Below are positions 27,845 through 37,320 of a DNA stretch of 38,396 bases, in pieces. The notes beneath the pieces were generated by a model. The model searched no databases. It saw nothing but the letters and a program-made list of their open reading frames with translations, and had not been told where the DNA came from. Position 1 is the stretch's first letter, and every line of letters starts with the position of its first letter. The translations under genes were made by a program, and so were the position numbers. This DNA comes from an uncultured Campylobacterales bacterium (lineage in GTDB: Bacteria; Campylobacterota_A; Desulfurellia; JAADFJ01). The stretch lies in the NCBI GenBank assembly GCA_964487285.1, contig CAZAPZ010000002.1, positions 1 to 38,396 of the forward strand, given 5' to 3'.

Positions 27845-28296
27845 GATATGACAGCCATCGGCTTGAGGAAAATATACCGTTGTATCTCGGAGGCATTAAA
27901 GTCAAATATGAAAAAGGTTTAAAGGGACATTCAGACGGCGATGCTGCAATTCATTCAATAATAGACGCAATTCTAACGGCTGCCCACAAAGGAAATATAG
28001 GCAAGCTGTTTCCCGAAGATAAGCGATATAAAAATATTAGAAGTACAATACTGCTTAAATTAGTATCGGAAATCATCAGAAAAGACGGCTTTATCATGGT
28101 AAACTGTTCAACGGTAATAATAGCTGAAGCACCCAAGCTTAATAGTTGCATTGGCCAAATGGAATTGGTAATAGCCAATATTCTGCAGGTTGATAAAGAT
28201 CAAGTATCAATTTCGGCTAAAACAAATGAAAAGATGGGAGCTATAGGCAAGGGAGAAGGAATAGCGGCATATTCAGTCTGCTTGCTGCAAAAATAA
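27829..28296 (+). CDS. ispF: 2-C-methyl-D-erythritol 2,4-cyclodiphosphate synthase
   Basis: 155 aa. RIGIGYDSHRL, GHSDGDAAIHSIIDAIL. AGGAGA RBS. It overlaps ispD by 16 nt. Confidence 0.9.
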   Translation: MRIGIGYDSHRLEENIPLYLGGIKVKYEKGLKGHSDGDAAIHSIIDAILTAAHKGNIGKLFPEDKRYKNIRSTILLKLVSEIIRKDGFIMVNCSTVIIAEAPKLNSCIGQMELVIANILQVDKDQVSISAKTNEKMGAIGKGEGIAAYSVCLLQK

Positions 28297-28473
28297 ATCA
28301 CCCGTAAATCCTTATTGTCACTGCGAGGGCTATGTTTTATCATCTCCATCCTATTGTTTTCATATAGATTTTTGATGAGGCAATTCGTTTAATGGATTAT
28401 ATTTAAGTTTCAGCTATAATGCATATTTGGTGCCGTTGCTTATGTTCTGCCGCCTTTATAAAATATAACTATT

Positions 28474-30480
28474 ATGATAGATAAATTAATATTACAAAAT
28501 GACATTTGCAATATAAAAGGTATTGGGGAAAAGAGGGCTGATATACTGCATAAAAAAGGGATAGAAACTGTTTGGAAGCTGCTCTGTACACCGCCGCTTC
28601 ATCTTGAAGATAAAAGAAAAATCAGCAATCTGGATGAAATCGAAAACGGAGAAAATGTTTTAATAGCCGGAAAAATTATACATTCTAAAATCATAAATTC
28701 GTTAAGAGGACACAGGTTTTTGTCTGTTACCGTTGACTGTTTAAATAGTTCAATTGAGTTGAATTTTTTTAACGGCAATCTTTGGTCTTTCAAATATTTG
28801 TTAAAGCCAGGGCAATTCATTTTAGCTTATGGTGCAATTAAAAAAGAATACGGATTGAAGATGATTCATCCGAACTTCAAGATAGTAACCGAAGATCAGA
28901 TTAAAAATTATGATGGCAAAATTAGCCCGATTTATTCAAAGGGAATGCAGTTTATGGCGGCTATTATGCCTAATTTATTAAGCACAATAAAAAAATCTTT
29001 GCCGAAATATTCTGATTTTTTGTCTGATCGATACCTTACAAAGCACAATCTTCCGAGCATGATAAAAACATGGAAAATAATGCATACGCCAATTTCAGAT
29101 AATATAGATGAAGCAAGAAAAAGACTTAAATATAACGCACTGCTCTTTTTTCTTGTAAAAAAAGAACTGTTTGTAAAAACATTAAAAAGCCGCAATAGCA
29201 ACCCGATACATGCATCTAACATAATAGAAAGACTTCAGCTGATGCTGCCGTTTAAATTGACTTGCGATCAAGAAAAGGCAATAACGGATATTTCAAAACT
29301 TATAGATAGCGAAAAACCGATGATGCATCTGCTTCAGGGAGAAGTAGGAAGTGGTAAAACTATTGTAGCTTTGGCAGCTGCGTTATCAGCAGTGGAAAAT
29401 GGATATCAAACTGCTTTTATGGCACCTACCGATATTTTAAGTCAGCAGCATTTTCAATCCATAACTCCTATTACAGATATGCTGAAGTTAAAAACGGTTT
29501 TATTGACCGGTAAGCAGAAACTGAAAATTCAAAACAAAACCAGAGCAATAATAAAATCAGGCGCTGCCGATATAATTGTAGGAACGCATTCTCTCATATC
29601 GGAAAAAACCGAATTCAAACATCTTGGGTTGATAATTATAGATGAGCAGCAACGTTTTGGTGTCAACCAGCGTGAAGCTCTTATGGATAAAGCTAAGTCA
29701 GCTCATATGATCATGATGACTGCAACACCAATTCCAAGAACACTTTTAATGACATTTTATAAAGAGTTGACGATCTCTACGCTTAAAGAGATGCCTAAAG
29801 GCAGAAAACCTATTAAAAGTAGAATTGTCATGCCTGAAAATAGGAGTAAAATGTTTCAATTTATAAAAAAACATATAGAACGAGGTGAACTTTGCTATGT
29901 TGTTTTGCCATTGATAGATGAATCTGAGAAGCTGAATCTCAAGAATGTGAAGGAAGAGTATAAACAATTGACAAATATATTTAATTGTCCGATAGGTATG
30001 ATGCACAGTCAAATGGATATAGAAGAACGAAAAAAGACAATGAATTTATTTAGAAATAAGGAAATAAATATCATAGTTGCAACAACGGTTATAGAGGTCG
30101 GTTTGGATGTACCCGATGCAACGATAATGCTCATCGAAGAATCGGATCGTTTTGGAATGTCCCAGATTCATCAATTGAGAGGTAGAGTCGGACGAGGAAG
30201 CGGGCAGTCATACTGCTTTATGGCGATGACAAATGATGCTAATAAAACGGCTATTAGGCGGCTGAAATTTTTGGAAAGCCACAACGATGGATTTCTCATA
30301 AGCCAGGAGGACCTTAAAATCAGAGGACCAGGGCAGTTTATAGGACAGGAACAATCGGGTTTTAATGAACTGCATTCCATAGATTGGTCAAAAGATATAA
30401 AGTTGATGAAAGAGATTGATAATGAACTAAAATCAGGACTGATTAGTATCTTTGATGTCGCAAAATTTGCTGTTTTATAA
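28474..30480 (+). CDS. recG: ATP-dependent DNA helicase RecG
   Basis: 668 aa with an N-terminal wedge/OB region. GEVGSGKT (Walker A), IIDEQQRFG, MTATPIPRT, QLRGRVGRG. Confidence 0.9.
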   Translation: MIDKLILQNDICNIKGIGEKRADILHKKGIETVWKLLCTPPLHLEDKRKISNLDEIENGENVLIAGKIIHSKIINSLRGHRFLSVTVDCLNSSIELNFFNGNLWSFKYLLKPGQFILAYGAIKKEYGLKMIHPNFKIVTEDQIKNYDGKISPIYSKGMQFMAAIMPNLLSTIKKSLPKYSDFLSDRYLTKHNLPSMIKTWKIMHTPISDNIDEARKRLKYNALLFFLVKKELFVKTLKSRNSNPIHASNIIERLQLMLPFKLTCDQEKAITDISKLIDSEKPMMHLLQGEVGSGKTIVALAAALSAVENGYQTAFMAPTDILSQQHFQSITPITDMLKLKTVLLTGKQKLKIQNKTRAIIKSGAADIIVGTHSLISEKTEFKHLGLIIIDEQQRFGVNQREALMDKAKSAHMIMMTATPIPRTLLMTFYKELTISTLKEMPKGRKPIKSRIVMPENRSKMFQFIKKHIERGELCYVVLPLIDESEKLNLKNVKEEYKQLTNIFNCPIGMMHSQMDIEERKKTMNLFRNKEINIIVATTVIEVGLDVPDATIMLIEESDRFGMSQIHQLRGRVGRGSGQSYCFMAMTNDANKTAIRRLKFLESHNDGFLISQEDLKIRGPGQFIGQEQSGFNELHSIDWSKDIKLMKEIDNELKSGLISIFDVAKFAVL

Positions 30481-30649
30481 AAACTAAAATTTTCAATTTC
30501 AAGTACTTTTTTCTCTATTTGCCGTTTGGAAGATGATATTGACACTTAATTTTGTATAAAGATGAGACTTAAGCTGCATTTTCACCTTTTTAATTTAACA
30601 TTCAATATTCGATTTTCTGTGGACAAAAGCTAATTTTGGTAGTATAGTA

Positions 30650-31459
30650 ATGATGATGAAAATAATAAACAGGAAACAATTTATGCTGATTAATACCAAA
30701 GCTTTAGGTTTTTATAAAAATATAGTTTTAGTTGCAGTAATAACAATCGCAGCGGCTGGGTGCGCTCATTACAAAGGTTTGACGAAAGTTAAGCCTGAAA
30801 TTCAGAAATCGGCATATAGCTGGTACAACGATGCTATGCAGGATATGATATACCATAATTACGACCAAGCCGAACACTCTTTTACTCTGCTGATTGAACA
30901 ACATGCAGGGACAATATATGCAAGAAAAGCGCTGCTTAGAATGGGGGATCTCTACTTCAAGCAGAGTGAGTATCTTTCTGCAATTGCAAGCTACAATGAA
31001 TTTATAAAACGTTATTCTTACAGCAGCAATGTCAGTTATGCCTATTTTATGATTGGATATTCAAATTTTAGAATGAGGTATGATTTCAGACATAGCCAAT
31101 ATTATACAAAAAAAGCCGTAAGCATATTTATTCAATTTATGAAAAAATATCCTAACAGCAGCTACATGGCACGGGCTGAAAATATGCTATCGCTACTCAT
31201 TGAGGAACTTGAGAACCACGAACTCTATGTAGCGAAATTTTATCTAAATACAAAACAGGCAGCCGCAGCTTTAATAAGATTAAATTATGCACAGCAGAGA
31301 TATAATGTTGAAAAATTAAAAAACAGGTCTATTTTTTACAGAATACAGGCATTGATAGATCTTAAACATTTTAAAAGAGCAAGGCAACTTCTTGATAAAT
31401 TATCAAGAAGCTCAAGCTATTTTAAAAAAGCCACAACCGATCTATACAGAATAAAATAA
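30650..31459 (+). CDS. bamD: Outer-membrane protein assembly lipoprotein BamD/YfiO-like (TPR)
   Basis: 269 aa. Lipobox AAAGC. TPR-like repeats (YDQAEHSFTLLIEQH...YARKALLRMGDLYFKQSEYLSAIASYNEFIKRY). Confidence 0.65.
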   Translation: MMMKIINRKQFMLINTKALGFYKNIVLVAVITIAAAGCAHYKGLTKVKPEIQKSAYSWYNDAMQDMIYHNYDQAEHSFTLLIEQHAGTIYARKALLRMGDLYFKQSEYLSAIASYNEFIKRYSYSSNVSYAYFMIGYSNFRMRYDFRHSQYYTKKAVSIFIQFMKKYPNSSYMARAENMLSLLIEELENHELYVAKFYLNTKQAAAALIRLNYAQQRYNVEKLKNRSIFYRIQALIDLKHFKRARQLLDKLSRSSSYFKKATTDLYRIK

Positions 31460-31481
31460 AAAGTGGTATTAACTTGATGAA

Positions 31482-31856
31482 GTGAACACGGACAAAAGGC
31501 TTAAAAATATATTATTTGATTTGATAGGAAAACTTGCAGTTAGAGATATATCGTTACTTTCATATTCTATACCTGTTGATATTTTTTATGTCAATCATTT
31601 TTTGGTTATAAAAGCCGAGATTGCAGGTGTTAGTGAAAAAGATGTTTCCCTATCACATAAGAATAATATTATACTGATTGAATATATAAAAACAGTGGAA
31701 AATCAAAACAGCCGAATATATTATAAAATGGAGCGCGGCTACGGTAAATTTAAGGAAAGCATTGAACTTCCCTTAAGTATTAACCTTTCAAATATTAAAG
31801 CAAAATTGAATAATGGTATTTTAACAATCACCATTAAAGAACAAAAGGAGAAATAG
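31482..31856 (+). CDS. Small heat-shock protein (Hsp20/alpha-crystallin family), GTG start
   Basis: 124 aa. PVDIFYVNHFLVIKAEIAGVSEKDVSLS...GILTITIKE is the alpha-crystallin core. No in-frame ATG exists upstream of the conserved core. Confidence 0.75.
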   Translation: MNTDKRLKNILFDLIGKLAVRDISLLSYSIPVDIFYVNHFLVIKAEIAGVSEKDVSLSHKNNIILIEYIKTVENQNSRIYYKMERGYGKFKESIELPLSINLSNIKAKLNNGILTITIKEQKEK

Positions 31857-34220
31857 TTGGATAAAAAAAACGAGTCCGAAGAAGAGATAAAGATCCCTGA
31901 GGTTTTACCTCTAATTCCTGTCAGGGACATTGTGGTCTTCCCGCATATGATACTTCCGCTTTTTGTAGGACGTGAATTTTCTATTAAGGCGATAGATGAA
32001 ACATTATCAAAAGACAGAATGTTGGTTCTTTCCGCTCAGATTAACCCATCCATTGAGGAACCGGGAACCGATCAGATATATCATACCGGCACCGCATGTA
32101 TCATAATGCGTATGCTGAAAATGCCTGATGGAAGAGTTAAGATTCTTGTACAGGGAATAAAACGCGTAAAAGTAAAAAAATTTGTACAATTTGATCCGTA
32201 TTATAAAGTTAGCATTAAAGAAATAGATGATGTCGAAGTAGCGGATATAAAAACTACCGCTCTGATGCGGATAATAGGCCATCAACTTGAAAATGCCATA
32301 TCAATGGGAAAAAATATACCTGCCGACTTACTCGCTGTTATCGGCAATATTCAACAACCTACTAAATTCATCGATATAATATCATCAAACATCGGATTAT
32401 CGGTAAAAGATGCACAAGAGATCTTATCTGTTCAGAATCCTATTAAAGCTCTACTTATTATAACGCAATTTCTTACCAAAGAGATAGACATTTTAGCTAT
32501 GCAGAACAAAATCAAGAGCGAGGCTAAAGGTCAGATAGGAAAAACACAAAATGAATATTTCTTAAGAGAACAGCTTAAAGCTATAAAAAAAGAGCTTGGC
32601 GAAACAGATGATGCTGATGAAATAGGAGAATTAAAAAAATCATTAAAAAAATCGAAACTGCCGGAAAACGCAGAAGAGGCGGTAAACAAGGAGATTAAAA
32701 GACTCTCAAAAATGCATCCTGACAGTGCAGAGGCTAATGTAATAAGAACTTATATTGATACGATGCTCTCTCTTCCATGGTCTAAAAATACCAAAGATAT
32801 TTACGATATACCGAAAGCATCCAGAATACTCAATCAAGATCATTACGACTTAAAAAAACCAAAAGATCGTATTCTGGAATATCTATCTGTGAGAAAACTC
32901 AATCCTAACACAAAAGGATCGATACTTTGCTTAGTCGGACCCCCGGGAGTTGGAAAAACTTCCCTTGCTAAATCGGTAGCTCGTGCTATGGGAAGAGCTG
33001 TGGTGAGGGTTTCTCTCGGAGGAATAAGAGATGAAGCTGAGATTCGCGGTCATAGAAGAACCTATGTCGGAGCATTGCCGGGAAAAATAATAAACGGCTT
33101 AAAACAGTGCGGCTCTTCAAATCCAGTATTTGTATTAGACGAAATAGACAAGATCGGAACTGATTTTAGAGGTGACCCATCGTCTGCATTGCTTGAAGTA
33201 CTTGATCCCGAGCAAAATACGGAGTTTGTAGATAATTATATCGCCGTTCCTTTTGATTTATCCAAAGTATTTTTTGTTACAACTGCCAATTCATCGGCCA
33301 CAATTCCATCACCGCTGCTTGACAGAATGGAAATTATATCAATAGCAGGATATACCGTTGATGAAAAGGCAAAAATAGCCACCCGCTATATTCTTCCGAG
33401 AGAAAAGGAGATAAACGGTGTTGATAAGATAAAAATAAAATTTACAACAGGCGCCATAATAAAAATAATTGAAAATTATACCGTTGAAGCCGGAGTGAGG
33501 AATTTAGAAAAAAATATTGCATCTATCTTAAGAAAAATTGCAAGGGATGTGGCCGAAACAAACAATATGGAAAAAATCTACAATGTTTCAAGAAGCTCTG
33601 TTGAGAAATATCTTGGTCCAACAAAAGTTACAAAAGAGACGCGTCTTAAAACAACAACACCGGGAGTAGTCACGGGACTTGCATGGACACCGGCTGGAGG
33701 AGCAATACTTTTCATTGAAGTAGGCATTGCAAATGGCAAGGGAAGCCTTTCTCTAACAGGCTCCCTCGGAGATGTGATGAAAGAATCTGCCCAAACAGCG
33801 TTAGGCTATGTGCGTTCTCACTGCGAAGAGTTGGAAATCGATCCTGGCTTTTTTGAAAAACATGATATTCACATACATGTGCCTGAGGGAGCAATGCCTA
33901 AAGATGGACCATCAGCCGGTGTAACGATGTTATCGGCCATTGTGTCTGCCATAACTAAAAAGACAGTCAACCCTAATCTTGCTATGACAGGAGAGATTAC
34001 CTTAACTGGAAAAGTTTTACCTATAGGCGGATTAAAAGATAAACTTCTTGCTGCACAACGTGCTACGATAGAAAATATTATTATACCTGCTGAAAATAAG
34101 AAAGACTTAATTGAGCTTCCTAAAAAATATCTTGAAAAATTCAAAATGCACTATGTCAATAATGCCAAAGAGCTGCTCGGCATTGTTTTTGGAAAAAATA
34201 AAGTCGTAAATCCTAAATAG
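31857..34220 (+). CDS. lon: ATP-dependent Lon protease, TTG start
   Basis: 787 aa. LPLIPVRDIVVFPHMILPLFVGR (LON N domain), GPPGVGKTS (Walker A), PKDGPSAGV (catalytic Ser). The TTG follows the hsp20 TAG directly and lies 6 nt after AAGGAG. Confidence 0.9.
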   Translation: MDKKNESEEEIKIPEVLPLIPVRDIVVFPHMILPLFVGREFSIKAIDETLSKDRMLVLSAQINPSIEEPGTDQIYHTGTACIIMRMLKMPDGRVKILVQGIKRVKVKKFVQFDPYYKVSIKEIDDVEVADIKTTALMRIIGHQLENAISMGKNIPADLLAVIGNIQQPTKFIDIISSNIGLSVKDAQEILSVQNPIKALLIITQFLTKEIDILAMQNKIKSEAKGQIGKTQNEYFLREQLKAIKKELGETDDADEIGELKKSLKKSKLPENAEEAVNKEIKRLSKMHPDSAEANVIRTYIDTMLSLPWSKNTKDIYDIPKASRILNQDHYDLKKPKDRILEYLSVRKLNPNTKGSILCLVGPPGVGKTSLAKSVARAMGRAVVRVSLGGIRDEAEIRGHRRTYVGALPGKIINGLKQCGSSNPVFVLDEIDKIGTDFRGDPSSALLEVLDPEQNTEFVDNYIAVPFDLSKVFFVTTANSSATIPSPLLDRMEIISIAGYTVDEKAKIATRYILPREKEINGVDKIKIKFTTGAIIKIIENYTVEAGVRNLEKNIASILRKIARDVAETNNMEKIYNVSRSSVEKYLGPTKVTKETRLKTTTPGVVTGLAWTPAGGAILFIEVGIANGKGSLSLTGSLGDVMKESAQTALGYVRSHCEELEIDPGFFEKHDIHIHVPEGAMPKDGPSAGVTMLSAIVSAITKKTVNPNLAMTGEITLTGKVLPIGGLKDKLLAAQRATIENIIIPAENKKDLIELPKKYLEKFKMHYVNNAKELLGIVFGKNKVVNPK

Positions 34221-34272
34221 TTAAGAAAAAATAGCATAAGTTGCCCATCAAATAAGCGTGCAGCGTTCCGAA

Positions 34273-35121
34273 TTAAACGCATAGCTGACTGCTCATTTGC
34301 AATAGGTCATGAGGGTTGTGTCTCAAGAGCCTGTTGAAAAACTCCTGCATTTCCTTGCTTTGAACCATCAGAAATGGTATAATAGCAGTGGTTTTGCGAG
34401 ATATTGTCAAATCTTGTGTATAACATCTGACATAAGCATATCCTTCTTTTGTGAAAAGTTTTATCTTTTGAAATAATTTATCTTTTATAATTTCTGCATT
34501 AGTGTCTTTTATAGATAGTAGTTCGTTTGTCAAATTTTCCATACCATAAAACTCTTTTTTGCTATTTTCTGCTTCATTTACACCACCAGTAAAAACTACT
34601 ATAATAGAATTTTTATTTAGTTTTAAAACTCTGTTTTCATACTCCAAATCTTCAAAGGTTGCAATCGGTGGGCAAAAAGTAGGTATTGGAGTATATATAA
34701 GATTCTCTTCTTTAACCAAAAACGGAGGATGCCCCGCATTAGAGAAAGTAAGCTCCTTGGTCTTTAAGTCTATAACACCTACAACAAGAGTTGCAAACAT
34801 ACCTTGAGAGGATATTTTGCAAAGTTTATTGTTCACTATTTGTATTATGCGTGAGGGATCAAATGAGTTATCCATAGCATCTTCAATAAGCATGACAGAA
34901 GCCATCATAAATAGAGATGCAGGAACTCCTTTGCCGGAGACATCTCCTACATAAAATAGCAGTTTGCCGTCACTTTCTTTGTATCCATAGAAGTCTCCGC
35001 CAACCTCTTTAGCTGGTTTCATGACACCGCTTAGATTGAAGTTATCTTTCGATATGGAGTTACATTTTGGTAGAAAGCTTTGTTGAATTCTACTTGCTAA
35101 TTCTAACTCATTTTTTATTTT
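34273..35121 (-). CDS. PP2C/SpoIIE-family phosphatase domain lacking its own N-terminal sensor or start, read in-frame from a Dam methylase fragment; probably non-functional
   Basis: ELELASRIQQSFLP, VGGDFYGY, VGDVSGKGVPASLFM and AGHPPFLV match SpoIIE/RsbU motifs. The usual TDG metal-ligand motif reads FTGGVNEA (D to G), and the terminal DD.T motif reads QDLT. Confidence 0.5.
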   Translation of the reverse strand, partial: KIKNELELASRIQQSFLPKCNSISKDNFNLSGVMKPAKEVGGDFYGYKESDGKLLFYVGDVSGKGVPASLFMMASVMLIEDAMDNSFDPSRIIQIVNNKLCKISSQGMFATLVVGVIDLKTKELTFSNAGHPPFLVKEENLIYTPIPTFCPPIATFEDLEYENRVLKLNKNSIIVVFTGGVNEAENSKKEFYGMENLTNELLSIKDTNAEIIKDKLFQKIKLFTKEGYAYVRCYTQDLTISRKTTAIIPFLMVQSKEMQEFFNRLLRHNPHDLLQMSSQLCV

Positions 35122-35798
35122 TTCATCTTTTGCGTAAGAATTAAAACTTGAGGTTTCGCTCAATGGCTTATATGGCGGATCAAAGTAAAATAAGGTATTA
35201 TCTTCGGCATAATCTAATGTGCTTTCAAAATCGCCGTTCAATATCGTAACTTTTTGCAGTAGCATATTAACAGCTCTTAAATTTTCTTCATCACAAATCA
35301 TCGGTGTTTTGTAGTTACCAATAGGGACATTAAACCCATTTTTCCTATTTACCCGATACAACCCGTTAAAACAGGTTCGGTTTAGAAAAATAAAAAGTGC
35401 AGTTTGTTTTGTTCTGTCAGATTCTCTTGTGTTAAATAACGTTCTCTTCGAATAATAATATTCTTTTTTTCTTCGGGTTTAGAAACCAATGAATAATATT
35501 CTTTCTTCCATCTTTTAAGTATCACTATCAAATTTTCAACATTTTCTTTTGTCGTTAGATATGAATTTATTAAATCAGCGTTAATGTCATTTATTACTGT
35601 ATTTTTAATATTTGAATATTGTTGAAGTATCCAGAATAATACAGCACCACCGCCAACAAACGGTTCAATATAGGTAAACTCTGATTATTTAATATGGTTA
35701 GGTATCGTTTTATCTATTTCATTCAATAGTTGAGTTTTCCCTCCAGCCCATTTAATAAAGGGCTTTGCTATTTTATTTATTTGCTTCATATTTTCCAT
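35122..35798 (-). pseudogene. Dam-type (D12 class) N6-adenine DNA methyltransferase, inactivated and 3'-truncated
   Basis: My minus-strand translation gives KPFIKWAGGKTQLL, YIEPFVGGGAV, INDINADLINSY, LFIFLNRTCFNGLYRVNRKNGFNVPIGNY and FDPPYKPLSETSSFNSY. There is an in-frame TAA at 35685-35687 (codon 38). A 1 nt frameshift sits at the A7 run (T7 on the + strand, 35464-35470). The methylase sequence ends after ...YAKDE. Confidence 0.8.
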
Positions 35799-35930
35799 CT
35801 CGTTTTTATTTCTATTGTGCCTAACGTTTGTATATATTCATTGCCTTTATACCGCCAAATTGGAGGGCTAAACACAATTGTGTATATTTTTCTTTTACCA
35901 TCATTTTACCATTCCCTCCTATTCAAGAAA

Positions 35931-36059
35931 TTAATCTACCGGATTTCTAATATTATCAATTGCCTTTTTGGATACACAAGTATGAATCTCTGTTGTTTTT
36001 GAACTGTTATGCTCCAATAACTTTTGAATATACTTTAAATAGGTCGCTTGCGCAAGTAA
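35931..36059 (-). pseudogene. C-terminal remnant of a tyrosine recombinase/integrase
   Basis: LLAQATYLKYIQKLLEHNSSKTTEIHTCVSKKAIDNIRNPVD* resembles the ...G.dl..IQ.LLGH.s..TTeiYtHv... box II region, but the catalytic Tyr position reads His. An in-frame TAG sits immediately upstream, and weaker recombinase-like text appears in another frame up to about 36200. Confidence 0.5.
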
Positions 36060-36335
36060 CTAAGTCGTAAGCTGTATCCTATCATAACTTTGGAACAGCG
36101 GTTTTGCTTATTCATACCGTATTTTTTTGAATTATATCCAACATCGAGTATAAGAATAGTAGCCGACTGCAGAGCAATTCACTTTCAATTTACAATGAAG
36201 TTGAAGCGGGCTATAAACCTTGATGTTACTACTATCGCGCTTATTTTTTATATACATTGTTAGTGGTTCGTTGTATTATTTTCTAATGCATTTCTTACAA
36301 TATCCAAAACTATTTGTGCAAATTCTTATTTAAAA

Positions 36336-37069
36336 TTGACCCAGTTTTATCACCAAAACTGACCCGTCATGAAGTAGAATACTCCCAAATAAATATAGGG
36401 GGGGGTAAAGGAGATGATAAGCATGGAAGACTGGGTGAGCATTAGAAGCCTAAAGAAGTTAAGACCTGACCTCGGAAGCAGAAGGATAGCCCAGATATTG
36501 AGCATTTCAAGAAACACTGTAAAAGGGCATTGAGAAGCGATATATATCTTGCATACAAGCGGGACAGGGCGGCAACGAAAAAGCTGTTTGTGCTTAACGA
36601 TTTTATCAAAGAGTCATACCTGGTAAGACGGCAGAGAGTATCTGTGATTATTGAAAATCTGAGAGAAAAGGGTTTTTGAAGGCTCGGATATTTCTGTGTA
36701 TCGTTACATAGAGGAAAAACTTCAAACAGGCAAGGGATGATCAATTAAAAGGACATTTAAACCGTATGAGATAGATCCGGGTGAGCAGTCTCAATATGAC
36801 TGGTCTGAATATATGGTTGATCTTAAAGGTAAACCGGTAAAGGTTTACATCCACAGCCTGATATGCGGCTACAGCAGATATAGGATATACGATGCGACAC
36901 TGGACACAACGCAGTCGAGCATATTCGACTTCATGGAAGATTGTTTCATAAATTGCAAGGTGTATGCTCAAGGATACAGATAGATAATGCGAGCCAGCTT
37001 ATGGACAATGCATCTATAAGGGATTTCATGCAAATTCCGGCTTTCACTGGACAGTTAATCAGGAAATAG
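36336..37069 (+). mobile_element. Decayed IS21-family element: putative left-end repeats plus a multiply frameshifted, truncated istA; no istB
   Basis: MEDWVSIRSLKK...SRRIAQILSISRNTV (HTH) stops at the TGA at 36531. It continues in other frames as RALRSDIYLAYKRDR...IIENLREKGF, FEGSDISVYRYIEE, YEIDPGEQSQYDWSEYMVDLKGKPVKVYIHSLICGYSRYR and IQIDNASQLM (DDE region). That makes at least 4 frame changes. The upstream TGACCC repeats (36337-36342 and 36360-36365) resemble the multiple terminal repeats of IS21 ends. A G8 tract lies at 36398-36405. Confidence 0.7.
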
Positions 37070-37320
37070 GTGGACACTTTTTTAAGTTTCCGGATTTGGT
37101 GTACAAAGAGAGCGGAATACGCACTACATAACATGATTAGGAGGAAAGCCCCCAAATAGCTGAACTATGGGGCGATTTTAGTAGAGTACTTACGGGCTTT
37201 GAAAATGCATAGAAAAAGGGGAAATATGGCTTAAGGACTCTTGGATGCCTTAGAATTCCATATACAGACAAAACGAAAAATCCTATCTGCAAATATTTTA
37301 TAGTGCCTTAATGCTCAAGT

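Noticed and set aside
28297-28473. 177 nt ispF-recG intergenic region, examined for a structured RNA, a riboswitch or a sigma-54 site (TGGTGCCGTTGC)
   Set aside because: There are no extended complementary arms or known conserved RNA motifs. The GG/GC spacing in TGGTGCCGTTGC is wrong for sigma-54. A TATAAT at about 28417 lacks a convincing -35 element.
30539-30560. Perfect TTGACA followed by TATAAA upstream of bamD
   Set aside because: The spacer is only 10 nt, which is incompatible with a sigma-70 promoter. No better -10 element lies at 16-18 nt.
30562-30579. ATGAGACTTAAGCTGCAT in the recG-bamD intergenic region as a possible fourth copy of the ATGAGACCACTGCA motif
   Set aside because: The match needs a 3 nt gap and shares only 7 + 6 nt, which is within chance expectation.
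35812-35906. 27 aa minus-strand ORF (MMVKEKYTQLCLALQFGGIKAMNIYKR) with a GGAGGG RBS, between the integrase remnant and the Dam start
   Set aside because: It is too short to assign and has no recognisable motif, and it sits in a region that is decaying overall. It may be a fragment of a small regulator, but that cannot be supported.
35730-36002. 90 aa + strand ORF, and the - strand ORFs 36442-36744, 36741-36971 and 36946-37155
   Set aside because: All are hydrophobic or low-complexity translations lying opposite the Dam start, the integrase remnant and the IS21 istA remnant. The opposite strand carries recognisable, though broken, family motifs in every case.
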